Assembly: GCA_963728205.1 (NCBI GenBank)
Contig: CAVSIV010000001.1
Span: forward strand, 672,001 to 736,000
DNA length: 64,000 bases
From: an uncultured Chloroflexia bacterium
Lineage (GTDB): Bacteria > Chloroflexota > Dehalococcoidia > UBA2979
Reading direction: 5' to 3'
The position numbers were made by a program, and so were the translations under genes. The notes beneath the pieces were generated by a model. That model was not told where the DNA came from, ran no database searches, and saw nothing but the letters and a program-made list of their open reading frames with translations. Below, piece after piece: positions 54,617-64,000 of the stretch (positions are counted from its first letter, which is position 1; the number at the start of each line of letters is the position of its first letter).

Positions 54617-54720
54617 AACGTCACCCACAGCGGCGGCAGATATGCCCGACAGAAGCGCGGCGCCAGCCGCGGACTGCGTCCGCGTCCTGTCGGCGGCATA
54701 TCTGCCGCCGCTTTGACGTT
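54617..54720. repeat. Intergenic GC-rich hairpin, family B copy 2
   Basis: AGCGGCGGCAGATATGCC ... GGCATATCTGCCGCCGCT, flanked by AACGTCA/TGACGTT. Confidence 0.65.
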
Positions 54721-54752
54721 CCGCGGGGCCGGAAGCCTGCAGCGCCGCCGGA

Positions 54753-55406
54753 TCAGCCGCTCGCGGCCCGGTCGGCGTAGACCACCACCTGCGCGGCGGC
54801 GACGCGGGCCGCGGGGATCTCGAGGTCGCCGTCCAGCAGGCGCCGCAGCGGCTCGCGCTTGCGCTCGCCGGCGACCAGGAACATCGCGACCGAAGCGGCG
54901 GAGAGCACTGGCAGCGTCAGCGTCAGGCGCGGGTGGTCCGGCCGGTCCACCCGAGTGACCAGGTGCGAGCGGTCCTCGAGCGCGGCGTCGCCGGGGAAGA
55001 GCGACGCCGTGTGGCCGTCGTCTCCGAGCCCGAGAATCAGAAGGTCGAACCGGGGCACGCCCGGCCCGAAGACATCCGCGAGGGCCCGCTCGTAGCCGAG
55101 CGCGTCGCACGTCTCGCCGTGCATGCGGTGCACGCGCGCCGGGACGTGCGCGAGCAGCGACTCCAGCGCCATGCGGTAGTTCGAGTCGGGGTCGTCCGGG
55201 GGCACGCAGCGCTCATCGCCGAAGAAGACGTCGATCTCCCGCCACGGCAGCGGGGCCTCCACGAGGCGCGCGTACACGGGGCGGGGCGTCGCGCCGCCGG
55301 CGAGCGCGAGTGTGCGGGGGCGCAACGCTGCGATCGCCCCCGCGGCGTCCACCGCGAGGTCGTCGACGATGCGCAGCTCGGGGCGCGCGGCGGGGGGCGG
55401 CGCCAT
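54753..55406 (-). CDS. pgl: 6-phosphogluconolactonase
   Basis: LAGGATP, FGDERCVP..DSNY, GLGDDGHTASLFP. Confidence 0.92.
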   Translation of the reverse strand: MAPPPAARPELRIVDDLAVDAAGAIAALRPRTLALAGGATPRPVYARLVEAPLPWREIDVFFGDERCVPPDDPDSNYRMALESLLAHVPARVHRMHGETCDALGYERALADVFGPGVPRFDLLILGLGDDGHTASLFPGDAALEDRSHLVTRVDRPDHPRLTLTLPVLSAASVAMFLVAGERKREPLRRLLDGDLEIPAARVAAAQVVVYADRAASG

Positions 55407-55408
55407 GC

Positions 55409-56832
55409 TCAGTGGAGGTGCCACTCACGCGGGCGGATGACCTCGTCGGCCTCCTCGGGGCCCCAGCTGCCCGCGGGATACGTGTAGACCGCCGGCATCG
55501 CGTCGAGCACCGGCTGCACGATCTCCCATGCGCGGTCGACCGTGTCGCTGCGCAGGAAGAGGGTGCGGTCGCCATCCATCGCGTCGAGCAGCAGCCGCTC
55601 GTAGGCCTCGGGCGGCTGCGACTTGAACTGCTCTCCGTAGCTGAAGTTCATGCGCACCGGCGTCAGCTTGATCTCCGGGCCGGGCGTCTTCGCCAGGAAG
55701 GACAGCGTGATCGCCTCGGCGGGCTGGATGCGCAGCGTGAGGTGGTTCGGGCTGAGGCGCTCGGCCTCGCCTTCCTGCAGCGTGCCCTCGAAGAGCATGA
55801 CCGGCGCCTCGCGGAACTGGACATGCACCTCGGTCACGCGACGGGGCAGGCGCTTGCCGGACCGCAGGTAGAACGGCACGCCGGACCAGCGCCAGTTGTC
55901 GATCTCGATGCGCATCGCCGCGTAGGACTCGGCATGCGACTTCGGGTCGACGCCCTCCTCCTCGCGGTAGCCGGGCACGGCGTGGCCGTCGATCTCGCCG
56001 CTGGCGTACTGGCCGAGCACGATGTGCTTGGGCTCGAGCGGCGGGATCGCGCGCAGGACCTTGCTCTTTTCGTCCTGGATCGCGTCGGCGTGGAAGGACG
56101 CCGGCGGCTCCATCGTGAGCAACGCCAGCATCTGCAGGACGTGGTTCTGGATGATGTCGCGCAGCGCGCCGACCTCTTCGTAGAAGTGGCCGCGGCCCTC
56201 GACGCCGACCGACTCGGCCACGGTGATCTGCACGTTGTCGATCGCGTCGCGGTGCCAGACGCGCTCGAACAGCGCGTTGCCGAAGCGGAAGACGAGGATG
56301 TTCTGCACCGTCTCCTTGCCCAGGTAGTGGTCGATGCGGAAGACCTGGTCTTCGTCGAAGTGGCGGTGCAGTACCTCGTCGAGCTCGCGGCCGGACGCGA
56401 GGTCGTGGCCGAACGGCTTCTCCACGACGAGCCGCGTGCCTTCGATTAGGTCGTGCGAAGCGAGCTCCGAGATCATCGGCGGGAAGGCCGACGGCGGCGT
56501 CGCGAGGTAGATGAGGCGGTGCGGCTCCTTCGCCCGGTTCACCAGCTCGGCGAGCCCGTGCTCGCGTCCCGACACATAGCTGAGGCGCGCGCAGAACGAC
56601 GCCCACGCGTCGTCGTCAAAGGGGCGGCGCGAATAGGTGCGGATGGCGTTCGCGGCGAGCTCGTGGAACGCGCCCGGCTCCATCTCGCCGCGGGCGTACC
56701 CGAGGATCTTGCCCTCCGGCGGCAGCAGCCCGTCGAGGTGCAGGTTGTAGAGCGCCGGCAGGAGCTTGCGCTGCGAGAGGTCGCCCGTGGCGCCGACGAC
56801 GATCAGGTCCTGGGCCGGGGGTGGGGCGAGCG

Positions 56833-56836
<4 letters not shown>
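55409..56836 (-). CDS. zwf: Glucose-6-phosphate dehydrogenase
   Basis: GATGDL, VEKPFG, RIDHYLGKE, RWSGVPFYLRSGK. Confidence 0.95.
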
Positions 56837-57722
<886 letters not shown>

Positions 57723-57726
<4 letters not shown>

Positions 57727-60396
57727 GATGCCAGCGCCTCGATGTCCTGCTTCGTGATCCTGGCGACGCGGCGGTCGTGCTGCCGCAGCGATGCGAGGTC
57801 GCCCAGGGCCTGTGCGTGCTTCAGCTCGCCGAAGGTGTACGGGCGACCGGGAATCGGCAGGTCCGTGCGGTCGTCCGGGATGTAGGTGAGGAAGACGCCC
57901 GTGTTCGGGCCGCCCTTGTGCAGCTGCCCGGTCGAGTGCAGGAACGACGGCCCGTAGCCCACCGTCGTGGCGACGTGGTAGCGGTCGCGCAGCTTCAGGC
58001 GGGCCGCCTCGAGTCGCGCGTCCAGCGTCGGCGTCTGCCGCGCGTACGCGAGCAGCGCGATGTAGTCGCCGGGGCGGACGCTGTCGAGCACCTCGCCGTA
58101 CGGCGGCGTCTGCGGGTCGGGATGCTCGTTGCCCGAGAGGATCTTCGCGGTGGCGTCCTTCGCCTCCTGCACGTTCGGCTGGTTGAACGGGTGGATGCCG
58201 ATGATGTGGCCGGCGACGGCGGTCGCGAACTCCCAGCGGAAGAACTCGGATCCGAGCTGGATGCGGTCGCGCAGCGGGATGCGGACGACGGGATGACCGG
58301 CGCCCTCGAGCTCGTCGAGCGCGTAGCCGGGCGTGTCGCCGACGGCGACGAAGAGCCGGTCGTCGCCGTAGACGGCGGGCTTTCCGAGCGGCTCACCGGT
58401 CACGGGGAGGATGCCCTTGCCGTGCTTGCCGGTGGACTCGGCGATCAGCTGCTCAATCCACATGCCGAGCGCCGCGACGCGCGGGTCGAGCACGAGCGTC
58501 AGCTTGTCGCGCCCGGCGAGCGCCGCTTCGCCGAGCACGGAGCCGAGCCACGCGCCGGGGTTGTCGGCCATCGGGACGCAGGCGTGGCACGCCTGGTGAA
58601 CCTCGTGCGCGCGTTCGATGAGCTCCTGTACCGGCACGCCGCACAGCGCGGCCGGCACGAGCCCGAAGTAAGAGAGCGCGGAGTAGCGTCCGCCGATGTT
58701 CGCGCCGCCGCTGAGCGGTCCGCCGTCCGCCGAGTGCGCGAACACCTGCCGGAAGTTGCGCTCGCGGGCGACCTGCTCCAGCGGCGTCCCCTGGTCGGTG
58801 ATCGCGATGAAGTGGCGGCCGTCCGGGATGCGGTTCCAGAAGTAGTCGAGCAGCGCGCGCGTCTCGGTGGTCGTGCCCGACTTGCTGGAGACGACGAACA
58901 GCGTCTGGCGCAGCGTCAGCCGCGAGTCCGCCGCGTGAATGGCCGCCGGGTCGGTGGTGGAGAGCACCTTCAGGCTCATGGCGCGGCGCGAGCGTCCGAA
59001 GGTCTCCCCCATCACCTCCGGCGCGAGGCTCGAGCCACCCATGCCGAGCAGCACGACGTTGCGGTAGCCCTCGTCGTGGACGCCGGTGGCGAACGCCTCG
59101 AGGCGGCCGACCTCCTCCGACATGTCGTCGTCGATCTCGAGCCAGCCCAGGCGGTCGGTGATCTCCTCGGGGCTGTCGCTCCAGACGGTGTGATCGGCCT
59201 CCCAGATGCGCCGCACCACCTCCTGCTTGCCGAGCCGGTCGATGCGCTCGTGGACGGCCGACTCGATCGGTCCGAGGTGCCCGCCGGCCTGCAGCCAGCG
59301 GTTCGCGCCGGCCTCCATGGCTTCTTCGATGCAGCCCGAGCAGCCGGTGGAAGTCGTCGGCGAACGACTGGAGGCCCTCCTCCAGCAGCTCGTCCGTGAC
59401 CTGGCGCATGTTCACGCCGGCGTTGCCGAGCTTGCGCAGCGTCCCCTCGGCCTCGGACATCGTCGCAGGCGTGATCGCGGTCTTCGCGGTGCCGTGATCG
59501 GCGAACGCGCGCAGGGTCTTCTCCGGCATCGTGTTCACGGTGTGCGGCGCCGCCAGCCCGTCGATGTACATCACGTCGGAGTACGACGGGTCCTTCGTCG
59601 ACGTCGACGCCCACAGCGGGCGTTGCACGCGCGCGCCGGACGCGGCGAGCCGCTCCCAGCGGCGCCCGCTGAAGAGCTCCTTGAAGCGCCGGTAGGCGAC
59701 GCGCGCGTTGGCGATGCCGGCCTGCCCGCGCAGCGGCGAGTCGTCCGGCAGCATCCCGTCGACCTTGGTGTCGACGCGCGACACGAAGAACGACGCGACG
59801 CTCCCGATGCGGTCGATCGGCTGCCCGGCAGCGAGCCGGCGCTCGAGGCCGCGCAGGTACGCCTCGGCGACCTCGACGTAGCGTTCGACGCTGAACAGCA
59901 GCGTGATGTTGATGTTGATGCCGTCGGCGATCAGCTGCTCCACGGCGCGGACGCCGACCTCCGTGCCCGGCACCTTGATCATGACGTTGGGCCGGTCGAA
60001 CGCGCCGAACAGCCGGCGCACCTCGCCGACGAGCCGGTCGTAGTCGTTCTCCACGCCGGGCGGCGCCTCGTGCGAGACGAAGCCGTCCTCGCCCTTCGTC
60101 GCGTCGTACTGCGGGCGGAAGGCGTCGGCCGCGGCGCGGATGTCGTCGATCGCGAGCGAAAGGAACGCCTCGTACGGGTCGTTCTGGCCGGAGCGGGCGA
60201 GCTCCTCCAGCGCTTCGTCGTAGTCCGTGGAGCCGGAGATGGCCTTCGCGAAGATGGTGGGGTTGGAGGTCAGGCCCGTGATCCAGCCGTCGTCGATGTA
60301 GCGCTGCAGGTCGCCCGACTCGATGAACGCGCGGCGGATGAAGTCGAGCCAGGGGCTCTGACCGAGTGAGCGGAGGGCGTCGATGGTCTCGGGCAT
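57723..60396 (-). CDS. Bifunctional transaldolase / glucose-6-phosphate isomerase (frameshift near 59335), or adjacent tal and pgi
   Basis: GQSPWLD, TSNPTIF, ASFFVSRVD, QRPLWASTSTK; then LGMGGSSL, SSKSGTT, IGGRYSALS, ESTGK, HSTGQLHKGGP. Confidence 0.85.
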
Positions 60397-60400
60397 GGCT

Positions 60401-60862
60401 TCATTCCGTCCGCTTCTGAGTCCGGGATTCGATCGCGCGGATCTTCTCCAGGCGGCGCACGTGGCGTTCGGCGCCGGAGAATTCCGCGGCAAGGAAACGC
60501 GTCACCAGCTCCTCGGCGAGGCGCGGTCCGATCACGCGCGCGCCGAGGCAGATGACGTTCGCGTCATCGTCTTCGACCGCCTGGTGCGCGGAGAAGCTGT
60601 CATGGCAGACCCCCGCGCGGATCCCGGCGATCTTGTTCGCGGCCACCGAGGCGCCGACGCCGCTCCCGCAGAGCAGCACGCCGCGCTCGGCCTCGCCGCG
60701 CAGGATGGCGTTCGCGACGTCCTCCGCCGTGTCCGGGTAGTCCACCGGTTTCGTATCGAACGTCCCGACGTCGACCACCTCGTGTCCGGCGGCCTCGATC
60801 GCGGCGATCACAAACGCCTTCAGCGGAAACCCGGCGTGGTCGGTTCCGACGACGACGCGCAC
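60401..60862 (-). CDS. rpiB: Ribose-5-phosphate isomerase B
   Basis: DHAGF, DYPD, LCGSGVG..AANK..GIRA, ANVICLGARV, RH.RR..KI. Confidence 0.93.
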   Translation of the reverse strand: MRVVVGTDHAGFPLKAFVIAAIEAAGHEVVDVGTFDTKPVDYPDTAEDVANAILRGEAERGVLLCGSGVGASVAANKIAGIRAGVCHDSFSAHQAVEDDDANVICLGARVIGPRLAEELVTRFLAAEFSGAERHVRRLEKIRAIESRTQKRTE

Positions 60863-61006
60863 GGCGGTCAGTCCGCCCGTCTCGCGCCGCGGCCGGCGCG
60901 CGCGCCGAGCGCGCCTGCTCGCCGCTGGTCTCGCAGGCAGCCGCTCACGTCACCTCCGCATGAGCGGGGAATGCGCCGTCGTGCGGCCGATTCCCCTCTC
61001 GTTCCA

Positions 61007-61960
61007 TCATGCACCTGCGGTCCAGACGGCGTGCGGCGGCGGCGTGTCGCCCGGCCGCGCGAACCGCAGCTCCCGCATGTGCCCCGCGGCGACGTCCTGC
61101 CACAGCGCGAAGGCGCCGCGCAGGCCGACGTCGTCGCCGGCGCTCGCGACCACGACGTCCGGTTCGATCGCCAGGCGGGGCCCTTCGCGCGCGACGCGCT
61201 CGCGCACGGGCGCGAGCAGCAGGTCGCCGGCCAGCGACGCGCCGCCGCCGATGACGACGCGCTCCGGCATGAAGCAGAAGACCGCGTTCACGATGCCGAC
61301 CGCGAGCGCCGCGCCGACCTCCGCGAACACCGCCAGCGCGGCGGCGTCGCCGGCGAGCGCGCGGCGCGTGGCCTCGGCGCCGTCGAGCCCGGACAGCCGC
61401 TCGACCGCGCTCCCGGAGGCGAGCGCCTCGAGCGCGGTGCCGGCGCGCCAGTCGATGGTGGTCCAGCCGATCTCGGCGAGCGAGCGGCGGCCGTGCAGCA
61501 GCAGGCCGTTGAGGATGACGCCGCCGCCGACGCTCGTGCTCGAGGTCACGTAGAGCATGTCGCGCGTACCCCGGCCGGCTCCGAAGCGGTGCTCGCCGAG
61601 CGCGGCGAGGTCGGCGTCGTTCGCGACGAGCGCCGGCAGGCCGAGCGCGCCGGCGAGCGTCGCGGCGTCGACGAAGCCCTCCCAGCGCGGGAGGTGCGGG
61701 AGGTGGAAGGCGCGACCTTCGGCGTAGGAGAGCGGGCCGGGCACGCCGATCACGAAGGCGTCGACCGGTACGGGCGAGTCGGCGAGCAACGCCTGCGCGA
61801 AGCGGATGAGGGCGGCCGGGTCGTCGACCGGCGTGTCGTAGCGCTCGTGGCGGACGATCGTGCCGTCGGCGTCGAAGACGGCCAGCCGCAGGTGCGTGCC
61901 GCCGAGGTCGCCGGCGAGCATGCCCGGCGCCGTCCCCGGCGCATCGCCACCCGTGGTCAT
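61007..61960 (-). CDS. ROK family kinase
   Basis: GDLGGT, VANDADLAALGE, STSVGGG; lacks the Cys zinc motif. Confidence 0.85.
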   Translation of the reverse strand: MTTGGDAPGTAPGMLAGDLGGTHLRLAVFDADGTIVRHERYDTPVDDPAALIRFAQALLADSPVPVDAFVIGVPGPLSYAEGRAFHLPHLPRWEGFVDAATLAGALGLPALVANDADLAALGEHRFGAGRGTRDMLYVTSSTSVGGGVILNGLLLHGRRSLAEIGWTTIDWRAGTALEALASGSAVERLSGLDGAEATRRALAGDAAALAVFAEVGAALAVGIVNAVFCFMPERVVIGGGASLAGDLLLAPVRERVAREGPRLAIEPDVVVASAGDDVGLRGAFALWQDVAAGHMRELRFARPGDTPPPHAVWTAGA

Positions 61961-62089
61961 CGATCGCTCCTCGTCGCGCGCGCCGCTCCCGGGCGCTGCG
62001 GGCCGATCTCAGCCTACGCGCACCCGTCGTGTGGCGAGAGTGGCCGTGGGCATCCGTGCCGACCGCGGGGCGAGTGCAGGCGAGCGCGG

Positions 62090-62287
62090 TCAGACGGAGG
62101 CGGGGCGGTCGGGGTAGCGATGCTCGAGCCAGAGCATCACGGCCGCCAGCACGACGCCGGCGCCGGCGCCGATCGCGATGCCGACGAGCACACGGCCCGG
62201 GTCGAAGCGGATGAACAGGTAGATGAGGAACGCGACCGTGAATCCGACGAGGAAGTAGAGCGTCGCCTGTCGGATCGTGCGCCACAT
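62090..62287 (-). CDS. Small two-TM membrane protein
   Basis: 65 aa with two hydrophobic helices. Confidence 0.55.
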   Translation of the reverse strand: MWRTIRQATLYFLVGFTVAFLIYLFIRFDPGRVLVGIAIGAGAGVVLAAVMLWLEHRYPDRPASV

Positions 62288-62355
62288 GTCGCGAGTATAT
62301 GGGACGAGCCGCGGGCCCCGCCGGGGCGCGCGCCGGCTCGGCGCCCGGACGCCCG

Positions 62356-62724
62356 CTACCGCACGCCCATCTTCAGGTTGCGGATCTGCTCGCGGTGGAT
62401 CAGGCGCGCGAGCTTCTCGCGCGTCTTCGCATCGATCGCGTCGAAGCGCACGCCGATCAGGCGGCGCGACGTGTACTCGCTGTCGGAAACCCAGACGATC
62501 AGTCCCTCGACCTCGAAGTACTCGCCCGCGAGCGAGAAGGTCACCGTGACGGACTCGCTGGTGTTCACGGGCTCGCGCACGTGCAGCTTCAGGCCTCCGA
62601 GACTGACGTCGAGGACCAGCGGATCGCTGAACTCCAGCATCGACCCGTCGCGCAGGCTCTTGTACGCGTGGGTGGCGGGAATCGACACCTGCAGCCGGTA
62701 GAAGTTGCGGTTGTCTCGAGGCAT
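62356..62724 (-). CDS. Stand-alone PilZ domain protein
   Basis: RxxxR (RNFYR) and DxSxGG (DVSLGG) motifs, GVRF; GAGG RBS. Confidence 0.88.
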   Translation of the reverse strand: MPRDNRNFYRLQVSIPATHAYKSLRDGSMLEFSDPLVLDVSLGGLKLHVREPVNTSESVTVTFSLAGEYFEVEGLIVWVSDSEYTSRRLIGVRFDAIDAKTREKLARLIHREQIRNLKMGVR

Positions 62725-62956
62725 CGTCCTCGCAGCCCTCTGATCCCAGCTTCGCCGCTCTCGATCGGAGCATCGGCAGCCGAGAAGCGGCTCCACAGGG
62801 TATCGCGGACGTGTACGACGTCTGGAATAGCGGGTTCGGGCGGACTCGCCGGGAGACGGCCGCCGTCGGGCGTACCGCGCGGCTCTGTTATCCTCCGCCC
62901 GCCGGCAGATTCGGCCGGCTCCTTCCCGCTCGCATGCGCCCATCGAGGGAGGTCGC

Positions 62957-64000
62957 TTGGAGATCGTTCCCGGCTTGCACCGGCTGCGCACCCCGATGAC
63001 CAGCAAGGCCCTGCCCTGGATCATGCCCTACGCGTTCGAGGGGCCCGACGGGGTGTCGCTGTTCGACTCCGGCTACGGCACGCCCGAGGCGACCGAGTGG
63101 CTCACCCAGCAACTCCACGGCATCGGCTACGCGCCGTCGGACATCCAGCGGCTCATCGTGTCGCACGGACACCCGGATCACGTCGGCATGGCTGCGTGGA
63201 TCAAGGAGCAGTCGCCGGGCTGCGAGCTCGATCATGCTGAGCCGCGAGGCCGACTGGTTCTCCCACATGCACCGCCACTCGCACCACCCGGGCGACGCCG
63301 ACTTCGCCGGCCGCATGCGCTCCTGGCTCGTGCGCCACGGCGTCCCGGCGGCCGACGCGGACGAGAGCTTCCGACGCGAAGAGCACCGCCATAGCTCGGG
63401 CGACGACAACCAGGACTCCGGCGACGTCTCGACGGAGACCGAGCGCCGGTCCTGGTCGATGAATGACGTGCCGGTGGACCGGCGCATCGAGGACGGCGAC
63501 CTGCTCGAGTTCGACGGCTGGCGGCTGCAGGCGCTGTGGACGCCGGGGCACACGCCGGGCCACCTCTGCGTCTACGAGCCGGCGCACCGCCTGATGTTCA
63601 CCGGCGACCACGTGCTGTCGCGCATCACGCCGAACGTCTCGCTCTCGGAGGACGACGAGCTGAGCGGTCGGCGGCCTCTCGAGGAGTTCCTCGACTCGCT
63701 CGAGAAGGTGGCGCGCTGCGACACGCGGCTCGCGCTGCCCGCGCACGAGGACCTGATCGAGGACCTGCCGGCGCGCTGCGCGGCCATCCGCGATCACCAC
63801 GACGACCGGCTCGAGGAGGTGCTCGAGGGCATCGAGGACGAGCCGGCGTCGGCGAGCGAGATCTCCTCGCGCGTGACGTGGAACAAGCCGTACGAGACGT
63901 TCAACGTCTTCAAGAAGCGGTCGGCGCTCGGCGAGACGCTGGCGCATCTGCAACTGCTCGAGGTGCACGGCCGCGTGCGTCGGCTGGAGCCGGGCGACGA
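62957..64000 (+). CDS. MBL-fold metallo-hydrolase (frameshift near 63230; runs off the window)
   Basis: DSG, SHGHPDHVG; then TPGHTPGH, TGDHVL, LPAHE in the shifted frame. Confidence 0.82.

Noticed and set aside
60383-62701. Many long alternative-frame or antisense ORFs (also 7142-8968 tail, 35604-37946, 37751-39817)
   Set aside because: Arg/Ala/Pro-rich shadows typical of high-GC DNA, overlapping well-supported genes

Overview
High-GC bacterial window. The Tat-lipoprotein family-5 solute-binding proteins with 'YW..RRAxxRG' leaders suggest Chloroflexota (Dehalococcoidia-like); this is an inference. About nine single-base frameshifts in otherwise intact genes look like long-read errors. Left part (1-23.4 kb): CaCA antiporter, TolB-like protein, the cpATP-grasp/alpha-E/transglutaminase/Anbu operon, ROK kinase, FAD oxidase, GDPD, a Rieske protein behind a MerR-type promoter, peptide ABC genes and an FAH-family protein. 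Right part (33-64 kb): alpha-glucan/trehalose cluster (treY, treZ, GH57, glgB, treS-mak, glgE, glgX, otsA, GH15), pyk, pentose-phosphate genes, a PilZ protein and an MBL-fold hydrolase. The standout is a ~9.5 kb minus-strand locus at 23.5-33.0 kb. It has two secreted S8 peptidases ending in 9 and 10 tandem (S/A)ITWD pentapeptides, a 68-aa secreted mini-protein ending in one SITWD, and three paralogous multi-TM proteins with no catalytic output domain. It also has an HPD-less J-domain protein and an ECF sigma factor. Its leaders hold seven c-di-GMP-I riboswitches (three tandem pairs plus one) and five copies of an ECF-type promoter, CGTCACR-N16-CGTCYT. This is a candidate c-di-GMP-gated 'SITWD' peptide signalling or matrix system.
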